A DNA stretch of 64,000 nucleotides. Origin: Calditrichales bacterium. Lineage in GTDB: Bacteria > Calditrichota > Calditrichia > Calditrichales > J004. The notes beneath the pieces are model-generated. The model was given only the letters and a program-made list of their open reading frames with translations, was not told the DNA's origin and ran no database searches. The DNA is taken from NCBI GenBank assembly GCA_965267575.1, contig OZ254086.1, positions 256,001 through 320,000 of the forward strand. Direction: 5' to 3'. A program made the translations under genes and the position numbers. Positions 20,456 through 31,483 of the stretch are shown one piece after another. Positions within the stretch are counted from its first letter, which is position 1, and the number at the start of each line of letters is the position of its first letter.

Positions 20456-22807
20456 ATGCGTTTTTACGGATTATCTTTTTTGTTTTTTCTATTTACGATT
20501 GTTGCAACGGCAGCGGGCCAAAATCCGGCCGTGCGTGAAGATATGTCCGCGATTCAGGGCGTGGTTGCCAGCGAGACCGGCGAGCCCGTAAGCGATGCCC
20601 ATATTTACCTGGCCGACGGCAATAAAAATGATGTAAGCGATATTAACGGCTTTTTTGAGATTGCCCCCTTGGCGGCGGGAAAATATACCCTGCTCGTCGA
20701 ACATGTATCCTATGAAAAGCAAAAAGTGGTGGCCGTTACGGTTCCGCCCGGCGCCATCGCCGTGGTGGATACCATTTACCTGAAGCCCACCGTGCGCGAA
20801 ACCGAAAGTGTGGTGGTCACCGCGCGGCGCGAGGGACGCGGTGAAATGGAGATTGCCAGCGCGTTGAATATGGTAAGCCGCATCGACCTGGAGCGGCGCC
20901 AGGTAAAAACCTCCGCCGAGGCATTGCGCGAAGAGAGCGGTGTATTTGTGCAGAAAACCAACCATGGCGGCGGATCGGCCATTATTAGAGGGCTGAGCAG
21001 TAACCAGATCCTGCTGCTGGTAGACGGCATCAGACTGAACAACTCCACCTACCGCCTGGGCAACCACCAGTATCTCACCACGGTGGATTACAACAGCCTT
21101 AGCCGCATCGAAGTACTGCGCGGGCCGGGCGCGGTGTTACACGGCAGCGATGCTCTTGGCGGCACCATCAACCTGATAACGCAAAAGCCGGATTTTGAAA
21201 CACAACGGTGGCAATGGAACGGATCGATCACTTCGCGTTATGCCAGCGCTGATGAGGAAAAAGCCGGCAACATCCGCTTAAGCGGCGGTAACCGCGAATG
21301 GGCTTTCAGCACCACCTACAGTTACAAAGATTTCGGTGACCTGCGCCAGGGCAGCAATGCCGACTATCAGCGTCTTTTGCGCGGACGCAACGGCGATGTG
21401 CAGCAACCGACCGCCTTTAAGGCCTTGGACGCTTCGGCCAAGCTGCTGTGGGAAGCAGACGGCAGCGGCAGGCAATGGGTGCTCGCCTGGCAACACAGCG
21501 ATCAGCAGGATGTGCCGCGTTACGATAAATACGCCTACGACAACAACGATCTCTGGACCTACGATCCGCAAAAACGCGACCTGCTCTATCTGAAGCTGCG
21601 CCAAAAAACGAGTCTGGCGCTTGCCCACACGCTGGAAGCCACAGTGTCGCGCCAGGTGCAGGAAGAGGGTCGCAACACACGCAACGCCCCTGGCGATCCG
21701 CTGCAGGAAGAGCGCGATGAAACAGAGACACTGGGCTTCTCCATGCAGGCAGGCGGCGCCTGGGGGAAACATCTGCTCAGTTATGGAATCGACCTGTACC
21801 GTGACGATGTCTCCAGCCTGGCGCGCAGCATAACCGCTGAAGGTATCCAGCCGGAAGTGCGTGGCCGCTACCCGGACGGGGCGCGTTATACAAGCCTCGG
21901 TATCTTCCTGGAAGACGAATACCACCCGGCTGCGCGCTGGATCATCACCGGCGGCCTGCGATATTCACGCTTTAACACCACTTTTGATATTGTGGAAGAT
22001 CCCGCTATCGGGCAGGTGGAACAGACATTTCAGTCGCTTACCGCAAGTGGGTCGCTGATTTACAAGCTCAGTGACGGCTGGAACTTGATTGCCGCCGTCA
22101 GCCAGGGTTTCCGCGCGCCCAACCTGAGCGATCTGACCAAGCTGGGTGAGTCCAAAGGCAATGTGTACGAAGTGCCCAACTTTGACCTCGAGCCGGAAAA
22201 GGCGCTCAATTTTGAGGCCGGCGTTAAGGCCGAAACGGATGATTACCGCGTTGAACTGAGCGCCTGGTATATGACGATCAGCGACCTGATTGGCAGCGCC
22301 GATGACAGCTACCGCGGCAGCGGTCAAATAGACATTAACGGTGAGACCTTTCGGATAAAGAGCAAGCAAAATATCGGTGAAGCGTTTATCAGCGGGATTG
22401 AAGCGGCTTTGCGCAAAAAGCTGACGAACTACTGGCAGGTTAGCGGCAACGTCGCTTACGCCTATGGCCGGAACAGCACACTCGATGAACCGATCGGCGG
22501 TATTCCCCCGCTTTTCGGACGGTTGGGGATCAACTGGCAGAAAAGGGATTGGGACGCTGAAGTATATAGCCGTTTTGCCAGCAGCCAGACGCGCCTTTCC
22601 GCCGATGATAAAGACGATCCTCGCATTCCGGTAGAAGGCACACCGGGCTGGTACACGATCAACCTGCGCGCCGCAAAGGATTTTGGAAAAAGAGTTACAG
22701 TGCGCGCGGCCGTGGAAAACATTCTCGATACTTTATACCGTGAACACGGTTCAGGCATCAACGGCCCGGGACGCAATTTTATTGTTGGTTTAAAGCTCTC
22801 TTTTTAA
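20456..22807 (+). CDS. TonB-dependent receptor with N-terminal carboxypeptidase-regulatory-like domain
   Basis: Signal peptide, plug motifs IRGLSSNQILLLVDGIRLN and RIEVLRGP..LHGSDALGGTIN, FRAPNL, C-terminal F. Confidence 0.92.
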   Translation: MRFYGLSFLFFLFTIVATAAGQNPAVREDMSAIQGVVASETGEPVSDAHIYLADGNKNDVSDINGFFEIAPLAAGKYTLLVEHVSYEKQKVVAVTVPPGAIAVVDTIYLKPTVRETESVVVTARREGRGEMEIASALNMVSRIDLERRQVKTSAEALREESGVFVQKTNHGGGSAIIRGLSSNQILLLVDGIRLNNSTYRLGNHQYLTTVDYNSLSRIEVLRGPGAVLHGSDALGGTINLITQKPDFETQRWQWNGSITSRYASADEEKAGNIRLSGGNREWAFSTTYSYKDFGDLRQGSNADYQRLLRGRNGDVQQPTAFKALDASAKLLWEADGSGRQWVLAWQHSDQQDVPRYDKYAYDNNDLWTYDPQKRDLLYLKLRQKTSLALAHTLEATVSRQVQEEGRNTRNAPGDPLQEERDETETLGFSMQAGGAWGKHLLSYGIDLYRDDVSSLARSITAEGIQPEVRGRYPDGARYTSLGIFLEDEYHPAARWIITGGLRYSRFNTTFDIVEDPAIGQVEQTFQSLTASGSLIYKLSDGWNLIAAVSQGFRAPNLSDLTKLGESKGNVYEVPNFDLEPEKALNFEAGVKAETDDYRVELSAWYMTISDLIGSADDSYRGSGQIDINGETFRIKSKQNIGEAFISGIEAALRKKLTNYWQVSGNVAYAYGRNSTLDEPIGGIPPLFGRLGINWQKRDWDAEVYSRFASSQTRLSADDKDDPRIPVEGTPGWYTINLRAAKDFGKRVTVRAAVENILDTLYREHGSGINGPGRNFIVGLKLSF

Positions 22808-22842
22808 ATTTGGCTTTTCCCCAACAAACGAACAGGAAACTT

Positions 22843-23193
22843 ATGCGTTACATCCCGATCATTTTATCATCGTTGATTTTTGCCGCTCATTTTTTGCGTG
22901 ACGGCGATTTGGCTATCACCGTTATTATTGCGCTTATGCCGCTGTTGTTGCTGCTCCGTAAAGCCTGGGTGCCCGTCGTGCTGCAGGTGCTGGCCTACGC
23001 GGCCACAATTACCTGGCTGTACACGGCCTACGACATTATGCAGACACGCATCGCGATGGGTATGCCTTATGTGCGCATGCTGGCCATTCTTATTGCCGTG
23101 GCGTTATTCAGCGCCTGGTCAGGCTGGTTGCTCAACACCCGGCGGGTAAAGGAGCGCTTTGGGGCAGGCGGAGATAGTGAATTGTTGAATTAA
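22843..23193 (+). CDS. Small four-TM membrane protein
   Basis: Hydrophobic ORF with an AAHFLR motif, co-oriented with the receptor gene. Confidence 0.7.
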   Translation: MRYIPIILSSLIFAAHFLRDGDLAITVIIALMPLLLLLRKAWVPVVLQVLAYAATITWLYTAYDIMQTRIAMGMPYVRMLAILIAVALFSAWSGWLLNTRRVKERFGAGGDSELLN

Positions 23194-23266
23194 CGGATTA
23201 TTGAATTAATGAGAGGGCATGCGTTATTCGGGTAGTGAGTAGCCATCCGGAAGCCATGTGTCGCCG

Positions 23267-23298
23267 AACCCATCCCTAACCCTTCCCAGGAAGGGAAC
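23267..23298. repeat. Intergenic repeat family A (second copy 29343-29374; inverted relative 29277-29308)
   Basis: AACCCATCCCTAACCCTTCCCA(G/A)GAAGGGAAC, 31/32 identical between copies. Confidence 0.85.
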
Positions 23299-23327
23299 TG
23301 TAAAGTCAAATATCTAAAGCCTTGATA

Positions 23328-23360
23328 AAAAAAATGGGCAGGCACTTGGCACTGCCCTTT
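23328..23360 (-). terminator. Probable terminator after the DEAD-box helicase gene
   Basis: A8-TGGGCAG...CTGCCC-TTT hairpin. Confidence 0.55.
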
Positions 23361-23420
23361 GCTTTTATTGGAATACCGCAAGCGTTAACACATTAACACG
23401 ATAACACCCTAGCACAATCT

Positions 23421-25151
23421 TCATGATCTTTTCTTGCGTGTTTTTCTGGCTGGCGGGCCAAAGGAGCGGCGGCGGGCCTGATTACGTGGGCGGCTGGAAA
23501 TGCCGTCTTCATTTTCTTCGGCGGGCCACACACTGATCTCACGGCGATTGTATTCTACCCCGCTGAAACCGTTCATGATATCCTTGCCGTGGCGTGAATC
23601 CACCTCAAACCAGGAAACATTTTTCATCAGGTTGATGCGGCCGATCTCCACATGACGCCCGCGGGTACAGCGGTTTATCAGGCCGATAAGGTCGCGCGGG
23701 TTGACGCTGTCGCGGTGGCCCAGGTTGATCATAAAGCGGATAAAGCCGGCCTCCACGCCCCGCTCGCGGGTACGCTCGCGCTTGCCCGGTTTTTCATCGC
23801 GGTCACGGCCCTTTTTGCCTTCCACAGGCGCGTTGAGATCTTCAGCATCCTTGTAATAATCCAGGAAGCGGTTAAACTCCAGCGCCACAAAATGCTTGAT
23901 CAGCTCTTCGCGGCTCAGCCATTCCAGCTTTTCATATATCTCGGGCAGAAAGCTGTCGATTTCCTTATGGTCGATCTCGATTTTTTCCAGGCGGTCGGCC
24001 ATGTGCAGCAACTGGCGCTGGCAGATCTCGCGGCCACCGGGCACGGGCTGGCGTTCAAAATCGTGACCCAGCTGCTTTTCTATCTCACGGATACGCGATT
24101 TCTCACGCAGGTTAACGATTGCAATAGAAATGCCTTTACGGCCGGCGCGACCGGTGCGGCCGCTGCGGTGCTTGTACACGGCGCTGTCGTCGGGCAGATT
24201 ATAGTTGATGATATGCGTGATGTCCTGAACATCGATGCCGCGGGCGGCAACATCCGTGGCTACCAGCATCTGGATGTGTTTGATGCGGAATTTGTGCATG
24301 ATCTGTTCGCGCTGGCCCTGGTTCAGGTCGCCGTGCAGCGCCTCGGCATTGTAGCCGTCCTGGATCAGCTTTTGTGCTACTTCCTTGGTTTCCTGGCGTG
24401 TGCGGCAAAAAATGATGCCGTAAATATCGGGGTTGTAATCAACGACACGCTTTAAAGCGCTGTAGCGGTCTTTGGAACGCACCACATAGCAAATATGATG
24501 TATCAGCTCCGTGCCGCTTTCCCAACTGCCTGTCTTTACCTGCTCGGGGTTGTGCATGTAGGTTTTGGCGATCTTCGATACCTCGGGGGGCATGGTGGCC
24601 GAGAACAGCCAGGTATTGCGGTCCGTCGGCGTGCTATCCAGAATGGCATCAAGCTCATCTTTAAAACCCATATTCAGCATCTCGTCCGCCTCATCCAGCA
24701 CCACGGTATGGATTGAGCGGAAATCCACCAGGCGGCGGTCCAGCAAATCTTTCATGCGGCCGGGCGTGGCAACGATGACAGGCGCACCGCCCTGCAACGC
24801 CTTTACCTGACGCGACATATCAGCGCCACCGTAAACAGGCACCACATCGATACCCGGCAGGTATTTGGCAAAGTTCTTCAGATCGCCGGCGATTTGCAGA
24901 CACAGCTCGCGGGTCGGCGCAAGGATCAGTCCCTGCGGCAATCGCACATCACGGTTGATGTACTGCAGCAAAGGCAGGCCAAAAGCGGCGGTTTTGCCGG
25001 TACCGGTCTGGGCCAGGCCCATCAAATCGCGGTTACCCTGCAGCAGCAATGGAATCACCTGCTCCTGGACAGGCATCGGCGATTCAAATCCAAGATCTTT
25101 TACAGCGTTCAATAATTCCGGGGAAAGCCCCAGCTCTTCAAAAGTCGACAT
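23421..25151 (-). CDS. deaD: DEAD-box RNA helicase with DbpA-type RNA-binding C-terminus (CsdA/DeaD-like)
   Basis: AQTGTGKT, PTRELC, DEAD, SAT, ARGID, HRSGRTGR. Confidence 0.9.
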   Translation of the reverse strand: MSTFEELGLSPELLNAVKDLGFESPMPVQEQVIPLLLQGNRDLMGLAQTGTGKTAAFGLPLLQYINRDVRLPQGLILAPTRELCLQIAGDLKNFAKYLPGIDVVPVYGGADMSRQVKALQGGAPVIVATPGRMKDLLDRRLVDFRSIHTVVLDEADEMLNMGFKDELDAILDSTPTDRNTWLFSATMPPEVSKIAKTYMHNPEQVKTGSWESGTELIHHICYVVRSKDRYSALKRVVDYNPDIYGIIFCRTRQETKEVAQKLIQDGYNAEALHGDLNQGQREQIMHKFRIKHIQMLVATDVAARGIDVQDITHIINYNLPDDSAVYKHRSGRTGRAGRKGISIAIVNLREKSRIREIEKQLGHDFERQPVPGGREICQRQLLHMADRLEKIEIDHKEIDSFLPEIYEKLEWLSREELIKHFVALEFNRFLDYYKDAEDLNAPVEGKKGRDRDEKPGKRERTRERGVEAGFIRFMINLGHRDSVNPRDLIGLINRCTRGRHVEIGRINLMKNVSWFEVDSRHGKDIMNGFSGVEYNRREISVWPAEENEDGISSRPRNQARRRSFGPPARKTRKKRS

Positions 25152-25437
25152 TAGTCTATTTCCCTCTTTAAATGACACCGCGCGGATGGGTGCAGGGCCT
25201 CATACAATCGGGCAATAGGCGTAAAAACGAAATACCGGATAGCTGACGGCGGGAAGAAAAGATGTACTCAAAAATCCATCAATCCACTGCGCTTTCTCTC
25301 GCGCAGCACACATCCACACAAATTATGATTTATACTGTTTTCCAACAGCCGCGTAAGATACGACATTTTGCGGGCGTTACCTAATAATTATTTGGAGAAG
25401 TTTTTCATGAATTTATTAGGCGACTCTCCACCAATCC

Positions 25438-25463
25438 GTCATCCTGAATTCATTTCAGGATCT
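25438..25463. repeat. REP-like palindrome family B (paired copy 29167-29231)
   Basis: GTCAT(C/T)CTGAATTCATTTCAGGATCT; at 29167-29231 it pairs with AGATTCTGAAACAAGTTCAGAGTGAC. Confidence 0.8.
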
Positions 25464-25588
25464 TTTTACAGGAGTTAAAGCCCGCAGGCTCGAAGGCTCT
25501 GACGGAAAAAAGGGCCGCTTTTTTCCTGTTTTGAAGACAATATTGTTGGTATATTGATTCAAAGTTTTTGCCGGACGGAGGATATATT

Positions 25589-26431
25589 ATGTTGCGCCTA
25601 TTAAGCTGGATTATTACTTACCTTTTTGCACTCTCTTTGGTTAGCTCCTGCCAGTTTGCGACCACTATAGAGGAGGACGATGCATATTATCGAATCAATA
25701 TCCCCATTAACCAAAAAGCGGTTTACGCAATTTTACATTATGAAGAATTTGCGGACAATGATTCTTTGGTTTTGAGCGGTATCTCAATAGGCTCGCTGAT
25801 ATTCAATAATCAAAGGCAATCCGGCGATACGCTGTTTTTAATGGGCACATGCGAGATCCTGGAAATTTATAACGACGTAATCGTTGCAACTGAGAGCGAA
25901 CCTATCAGGATAGCATTAACCAGTGATTGGGTGTTTCTTGATGACTCAAATGGCCCCTATGGCTATAATTTTCTCTTGAAAAATTCCGCGGACACTACCG
26001 CCATTCCCACCATAAATCATGAACAGTTTCCAATACTTCCAAGGGTGCTGACTGCAAATGCTCACCAAATAATTTACAGACCGGCGAGTTCGGACTACAC
26101 TTTTCTTGGTGTACGCAGGGAGTTCTATGCAATGTCTCCGCAAACCTGGAAAGATGAAATTGGCACAGAGCAAGGTATCTTTCTAAAAATAAAGCATGTG
26201 CTTGATGGAATTGGTGATGAGCTTAATTTTGAAATACTCGCCGACGACCACGGCATTATTCGCTCATTCTGGTCATTTCCGACGATATATATTGACCCCC
26301 AAACAGGCGACGATGAGAGCTTAACCGTCCACCGCATTAACCGCCGTATTGTCGATTACACGGACCCACGGCAGATACAATCGCTGGAGCATTATTATAA
26401 CCTGGTAAACGAGAGCGGCCTGCGCCGTTGA
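25589..26431 (+). CDS. Hypothetical lipoprotein
   Basis: GGAGG RBS, lipobox LVSS-C. Confidence 0.65.
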   Translation: MLRLLSWIITYLFALSLVSSCQFATTIEEDDAYYRINIPINQKAVYAILHYEEFADNDSLVLSGISIGSLIFNNQRQSGDTLFLMGTCEILEIYNDVIVATESEPIRIALTSDWVFLDDSNGPYGYNFLLKNSADTTAIPTINHEQFPILPRVLTANAHQIIYRPASSDYTFLGVRREFYAMSPQTWKDEIGTEQGIFLKIKHVLDGIGDELNFEILADDHGIIRSFWSFPTIYIDPQTGDDESLTVHRINRRIVDYTDPRQIQSLEHYYNLVNESGLRR

Positions 26432-26444
26432 TACTTCTGCCGGT

Positions 26445-26479
26445 GATCCCGGTGTGGAAAAAACACCAACCGGGATGAC
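26445..26479. repeat. REP-like palindrome family C (identical copy 58255-58289)
   Basis: GATCCCGGTGTGGAAAAAACACCAACCGGGATGAC, 35/35 identical. Confidence 0.9.
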
Positions 26480-26499
26480 GGGGACCCGTGCTTCTCTTT

Positions 26500-27687
26500 C
26501 TACTCTCCCCCAAACAGTTCCTTTGCGACGCGGCGATAGGCTTCGCGGAAAGAAATACCCTTTTGCACCAGTTCGTACACTTTGTCCGTGGCAAACAGCT
26601 CGTCGGTCATCTGCTTCTTTGCGGCCGACGCATCCACCTTCAGTTCACCCACCAGACCGGTCATGATCTGCAGTGCGTCGCGGGTAGTTTCCAGGCTCTT
26701 TAGGACGGGCTCTTTGGTCAGCTGCAAATCGCGGTGGTAGCCGCTAATCAGGTTGGCGGTGGTGGTTTTTAACTGTGTCTCAAAACCAAGCACACGGTGG
26801 TAGCTGGCGCGCACCAGTTCCAGCACATCGGGGTTGACTTTTTGCGGCATGATCGAGCTGCCGGTTGCATATTTATCGGGCATCTTAAAAAAGCCCCACT
26901 CCGGCATGCTGAACAGGATCAGGTCGGCGGCGCAACGATTGAGGTCCAGCAGGATCTGCGAAAGTGCGCTCAGCAGCATGGTTTCAAACTTGCCGCGGCT
27001 GAGCTGTGTGTAAACAGGATTCTTCTGCACGCGGTCGAAGCCCAGCTCCCTGGCCGTAAATTCTCGGTCCAGCAGCAGCGGCACGCCATAACCGGCAGCA
27101 GTGCCCAATGGCGACTGGTTGACGATTTTGCGCACGCCCTTCAACAGCTCACGGTCGTCGGCCAGGGCGTCAATGAAAGCGCCGGCCCACATCTTTACGG
27201 AAGAGGGCATTGCCTTGCGTGTATGCGTCAACCCGGGGATGGCTGTTTTGCCGTGCCTTTTTTGCAGCCCTTTGAAAGCCGCGGCCAGTTCCCGCGCCAG
27301 TTCGTCGATGGCATCAATGGCGTCGCGGTAAAGCAGGCGCAGGGCCGTCAATACCTGGTCATTGCGCGAGCGACCGGTGTGGATTTTCTTTCCGGTTTCG
27401 CCGTATTTCTTCGTCAGCCAATTTTCGATCGCCGTGTGGCAGTCTTCATCGCTGACCTTTATTTCAAATGTGCCCTGCTCGTCCAGCCGGATAATCTCAT
27501 CAAGCCCATGCAGCAGGTTGTCGCGCTCTTTTTCACTCAGCAGACCGATTTTGTGCAGCATACGCGCGTGCGCTTTGGAAGCGATGCAATCGTAATACAC
27601 AAGCTGCCGGTCCAGCCACCAGTCGTCGCCCACTGTGAAGCGTTCTACGGCACTGTCCGCCTCTTTACCTTTGTGCCACAGCTTCAT
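26500..27687 (-). CDS. argH: Argininosuccinate lyase
   Basis: [42 protein letters not shown]. Confidence 0.95.
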   Translation of the reverse strand: MKLWHKGKEADSAVERFTVGDDWWLDRQLVYYDCIASKAHARMLHKIGLLSEKERDNLLHGLDEIIRLDEQGTFEIKVSDEDCHTAIENWLTKKYGETGKKIHTGRSRNDQVLTALRLLYRDAIDAIDELARELAAAFKGLQKRHGKTAIPGLTHTRKAMPSSVKMWAGAFIDALADDRELLKGVRKIVNQSPLGTAAGYGVPLLLDREFTARELGFDRVQKNPVYTQLSRGKFETMLLSALSQILLDLNRCAADLILFSMPEWGFFKMPDKYATGSSIMPQKVNPDVLELVRASYHRVLGFETQLKTTTANLISGYHRDLQLTKEPVLKSLETTRDALQIMTGLVGELKVDASAAKKQMTDELFATDKVYELVQKGISFREAYRRVAKELFGGE

Positions 27688-28958
27688 GATTTATCTCCCG
27701 CCGGGCCGCGTTTGCCACGCCAGGCATAAGGGCTTTCCTTGCGCAGCACAATGTTATGCGCCTTGAGCCGCAGCGCGTTGATATTGATAAAGCCACGGGC
27801 ATCTTCCTGATTATAGCCGCCTTCAATGTCCATGCTGGCCAGCTCCTGGTCGTACAGCGATGTGGGCGAGGTGCGCCCGATGACGTAGCAGTTGCCCTTG
27901 TACAGCGAAAGGGTCACCGTGCCGTCCACCGCCTCCTGGCTTTTCTCAAACGAAGCCAGCAGAAAATCCATCTCCGGTGAAAACCAGAAGCCGTTGTAGA
28001 TCAGCTCGGAGAATTTGGGCACCAGCATGTTGCGCAGCCGCATCACCTCTTTGTCCATGGCGATCGCTTCGATGTCCTCGTGCGCCTTCCACAGGATTGT
28101 GCCGCCGGGCGTTTCGTAAATGCCGCGCGACTTGATACCGACAAAGCGGTTCTCCACGATATCGATGCGCCCGATGCCGTTTTCCCGGCCCAGGTCGTTG
28201 AGGTACAAAAACATCTCCAGCGGATCGCTTTTAACGGTGCCGTTACTTTTGTTGACCACCCGCACGGGGAAGCCGTCTTTAAATTCTATTTCAACGATTG
28301 TCTCCTCGTCCGGCGCGTCTTTGGGGGCTTTAGACATGCTGTAGATATCTTCGCCGGCCACAAAATTGGGGTCTTCCAGGATACCCGCCTCATGGCTGAT
28401 GTGGAACAGGTTCTCGTCCTCGCTGTAGGGCTTTTTCAGCGTGGCTTTTACGGGGATGTTCTCAGCCTCGGCATATTCGATCATGTCGCTGCGTCCCTGG
28501 AAACGGTCCAGGAATTCGCGCTCCTTCCAGGGGGCGATTATTTTCACGGTGGGGTGCAGCGCGTAGTAGGCCAGTTCAAATCGTACCTGATCGTTGCCTT
28601 TCCCGGTCGCACCGTGGGCCACATAGTCCGTACCCTCCTCCAGCGCGATCTCAATCTGCTTTTTAGCGATCAACGGACGCGCCAGGGCCGTGCCCAGCAG
28701 ATAGCGCCCCTCATAAACGGCATGACCGCGCATGGCCGGAAAAACGTAATCGGTTATAAACTCGCGTTTAAGATCGGCAACAACGGTTTTTATGGCGCCG
28801 GTCTTTTGGGCTTTGTCGCGCACTTGTTCAAAATCCTCACGCTGTCCCACATCGGCCACATAGCAGACCACGTCAAAGCCCTTGTGTATCAGCCATTTCA
28901 AAATCACCGACGTATCCAGCCCGCCGCTGTAGGCCAGGATCACCTTCTCTTTTGCCAT
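27684..28958 (-). CDS. argG: Argininosuccinate synthase
   Basis: [40 protein letters not shown]. Confidence 0.97.
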   Translation of the reverse strand: MAKEKVILAYSGGLDTSVILKWLIHKGFDVVCYVADVGQREDFEQVRDKAQKTGAIKTVVADLKREFITDYVFPAMRGHAVYEGRYLLGTALARPLIAKKQIEIALEEGTDYVAHGATGKGNDQVRFELAYYALHPTVKIIAPWKEREFLDRFQGRSDMIEYAEAENIPVKATLKKPYSEDENLFHISHEAGILEDPNFVAGEDIYSMSKAPKDAPDEETIVEIEFKDGFPVRVVNKSNGTVKSDPLEMFLYLNDLGRENGIGRIDIVENRFVGIKSRGIYETPGGTILWKAHEDIEAIAMDKEVMRLRNMLVPKFSELIYNGFWFSPEMDFLLASFEKSQEAVDGTVTLSLYKGNCYVIGRTSPTSLYDQELASMDIEGGYNQEDARGFININALRLKAHNIVLRKESPYAWRGKRGPAGDKS

Positions 28959-29399
28959 ATCTTACCCCCATTAATCTTGATCATGATCCTGATCTTGTTC
29001 TTGATCAGAGATTCTTCAGGTCTTTTGTTTAACCAATCCACCCGGCAGGCAATATATTTGGAGTTGCCCAAAATGTAAAAAATAATTCAGCCGCGCTTTC
29101 AGCAGTTTCTTTTGGCTTCACTTTAACGGAAGGTTTTGTTAGAATAGAAATAATCTTTTTTTTACCGTCATTCTGAATTCATTTCAGGATCTCACCGCGG
29201 GGAGAAGATTCTGAAACAAGTTCAGAGTGACGTAATCAGCATCGCAACCGTGAAAGGCTTGCAAGCGACAAAACAGTTCCCCTCCGGGGAGGGGTTAGGG
29301 GTGGGTTTTTTCTTGCCCGGGAAAATTGATACCTGATCAGGAAACCCATCCCTAACCCTTCCCAAGAAGGGAACCGGCAGGTTGCCAAATCAAGATTGA

Positions 29400-29463
29400 C
29401 CTGAACACCTGAACACATGAAAACCTGAACACTAACACACTAACACCATAACACTTTAACACA
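29400..29463 (+). repeat. Degenerate 8-bp tandem array (AACAC core)
   Basis: CCTGAACA/CTAACACA-type units; inverted counterpart at 30460-30503. Confidence 0.8.
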
Positions 29464-29476
29464 TCACCGAGGAACT

Positions 29477-30457
29477 ATGAAACCAATCCGCTGGGGTATA
29501 CTGGCCACAGGCATCATCGCCCATGCCATGGCCGAAGCCCTCCATAACCGTGACGACGCCGACCTGATTGCCGTAGGCTCGCGCACGCTGGAAGCGGCGG
29601 ACGCTTTCGCCGACCGCTGGAACATTCCGCACCGCCACCCGAGCTACGCTTCGCTGGTGCAGGACCCGGATGTGGACGTGATCTACATCGCCACGCCGCA
29701 CAGCCACCATTACGATAACATGAAACTGTGCCTCAACGCCGGCAAGCATGTGCTCTGCGAAAAGGCCTTTACGCTGAATGCCGCCCAGGCCCGCGAATGC
29801 ACCGAACTGGCCAAAAGCAAAAACCTGTTCCTGATGGAGGCCATGTGGACGCGCTTTAACCCGGCTATCCTGCACACACGCAAACTGATCGACGAAGGCG
29901 CCATCGGCGAAGTGCGGCTGGTGCAGGCTGATTTCTGCATCAACCGCAAATTCGATCCGCAGCACCGCCTGTTCAATCCTGAATTGGGTGGCGGCGCCCT
30001 GCTGGACCTGGGCATCTACCCGCTCACGTTTGCCGACCTATGGCTTGGTCCACCCGACGAGATCCAGAGTCACGCCCATTTGGGTAAAACCGGTGTGGAT
30101 GAACTGGCAGCCATCACCCTGCGCTACAAAAGCGGCGCGTCGGCCCAGCTCAGCACATCGTCGCGCGTGGGCAAACCGATCGAAGGCTGGATTGTCGGCA
30201 CAAAGGGATCGATCCATGTGCAGCACATGATGCACCGCCCCGATACACTGACGCTGACACAGGAAGGCAGCGACCCGCAAGAAATCAAAATCCCCTACGA
30301 CGGCAACGGCTACATCCACGAGGCTTTGGAAGTCCACGCCTGCCTGCGCGCGGGCAAAACCGAAAGCAGCGTAATGCCCTGGAGCAAGACCATTGAAATG
30401 ATGGAGCTGATGGACAGCCTGCGCCGCGATTGGGGTGTACGCTACCCGGGGGAGTGA
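29477..30457 (+). CDS. Gfo/Idh/MocA-family oxidoreductase
   Basis: IRWGILATG.IA, IYIATPH, KHVLCEKAF, MEAMWTRF, GGGALLDLGIY. Confidence 0.92.
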   Translation: MKPIRWGILATGIIAHAMAEALHNRDDADLIAVGSRTLEAADAFADRWNIPHRHPSYASLVQDPDVDVIYIATPHSHHYDNMKLCLNAGKHVLCEKAFTLNAAQARECTELAKSKNLFLMEAMWTRFNPAILHTRKLIDEGAIGEVRLVQADFCINRKFDPQHRLFNPELGGGALLDLGIYPLTFADLWLGPPDEIQSHAHLGKTGVDELAAITLRYKSGASAQLSTSSRVGKPIEGWIVGTKGSIHVQHMMHRPDTLTLTQEGSDPQEIKIPYDGNGYIHEALEVHACLRAGKTESSVMPWSKTIEMMELMDSLRRDWGVRYPGE

Positions 30458-30459
30458 GA

Positions 30460-30503
30460 GTGTGCTAAGGTGTTAAGGTGTTAAGGTGTTATAGTGTTAA
30501 TGT
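30460..30503 (-). repeat. Degenerate 8-bp tandem array (GTGTTAAG)n
   Basis: GTGCTAAG GTGTTAAG GTGTTAAG GTGTTATA GTGTTAAT. Confidence 0.85.
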
Positions 30504-30546
30504 GCGTCCCACCCTGTCATCTCGAGCGGCCGATCCGGGGCCACGC

Positions 30547-31389
30547 TCATATATCCAATGAATCGGCCGGGCTTTTTATTTTATCGATGGCGCGGGATGA
30601 AACGTGGGTATAAACCTGTGTGGTCTCCAGGCGAACATGCCCCAGCAGTTCCTGGATAAAGCGAATATCGGTGCCATCATCCAGCAGATGTGTAGCAAAG
30701 CTGTGGCGCAGGGTATGCACGGTCGCTTTCTTTTTTATGCCTGCTTTTTGCAGTGCCTGTTTCATAATACTTTGCACGCTTTTATCCGAATAGCGGCCGC
30801 CTTTGGCACCTTCCACCAGGTAATCCTGCGGCTTATATTCTTTAAAGTAGGCACGCAACACGGCAAGGGTTTTCTCCGATAAAACCACATACCTGTCTTT
30901 TTTGCCCTTACCCTGCACCACGTGGATCTTCATGCGTCTGGAATCGATATCAGCAACTTTAAGGTTAAGCAGTTCGCTTAGTCTTAGTCCGGCGGAGTAG
31001 ATAAGCAGCAGGATGGTTTTATGTTTGAGGTTATTGGTTACGGTAAGCAGACGTTTTACCTCTTCTTTGGAGAGCACCACCGGCAATTTTTGCGGTTTTT
31101 TCATTTTAATGTTCAGGGCAGCCGGCACAGGTTTATTAAGAACTTTTTGATACAGGAAGCGGATAGAAGCGATGACTTGTTTCATCGATGAAAACGAATA
31201 TTTTCTTTTCGATTTACAGTGTAACAAATATTCTTCAATCAACATATCTGTCACTTCATCCACTTTTTTAGATGCTACAAATTCCAGAAACAAGGCTAAT
31301 GCTGAAAGATAATTTTTAATGGTTTGCTCAGAATAATTTGCTATGGTAAGTTTGCTCTCAAACGCGCTAAGTATGATTTGTCTTTTCAT
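30547..31389 (-). CDS. Tyrosine recombinase/integrase (SAM-like N-domain), putative cassette integrase lacking the IntI-specific insertion
   Basis: YSEQTIKNY; catalytic R (GLRLSE), K (GKGKKDR), HTLRH, LLGH, Y (TTQVYTH); about 280 aa; divergent from the cassette array. Confidence 0.92.
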   Translation of the reverse strand: MKRQIILSAFESKLTIANYSEQTIKNYLSALALFLEFVASKKVDEVTDMLIEEYLLHCKSKRKYSFSSMKQVIASIRFLYQKVLNKPVPAALNIKMKKPQKLPVVLSKEEVKRLLTVTNNLKHKTILLLIYSAGLRLSELLNLKVADIDSRRMKIHVVQGKGKKDRYVVLSEKTLAVLRAYFKEYKPQDYLVEGAKGGRYSDKSVQSIMKQALQKAGIKKKATVHTLRHSFATHLLDDGTDIRFIQELLGHVRLETTQVYTHVSSRAIDKIKSPADSLDI

Positions 31390-31470
31390 TTTTAACAAGA
31401 TATATTTCGTACTATAAGAAACTAAAACTAGTACATATTCGCGCTATACGCAATCGTATAGCAAGATGTT
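31390..31470 (+). mobile_element. attI-like primary recombination site (copy 1)
   Basis: Conserved with 38133-38213; contains hairpin GCTATACG-caat-CGTATAGC then AAGAT-GTT; similarity between the copies ends at GTTG. Confidence 0.75.
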
Positions 31471-31483
31471 GCCACACATATAA

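Noticed and set aside
26797-29078. Long + strand ORFs (310 and 332 aa) and similar antisense ORFs elsewhere
   Set aside because: They are shadows of well-supported genes (argH, argG, mdh, deaD, amt) with no recognisable motifs.
30547-31389. Calling the recombinase XerC/XerD or a class 1-3 IntI
   Set aside because: It lacks the IntI insertion and sits in an accessory context beside cassette sites rather than a housekeeping xer locus; no gene symbol assigned.
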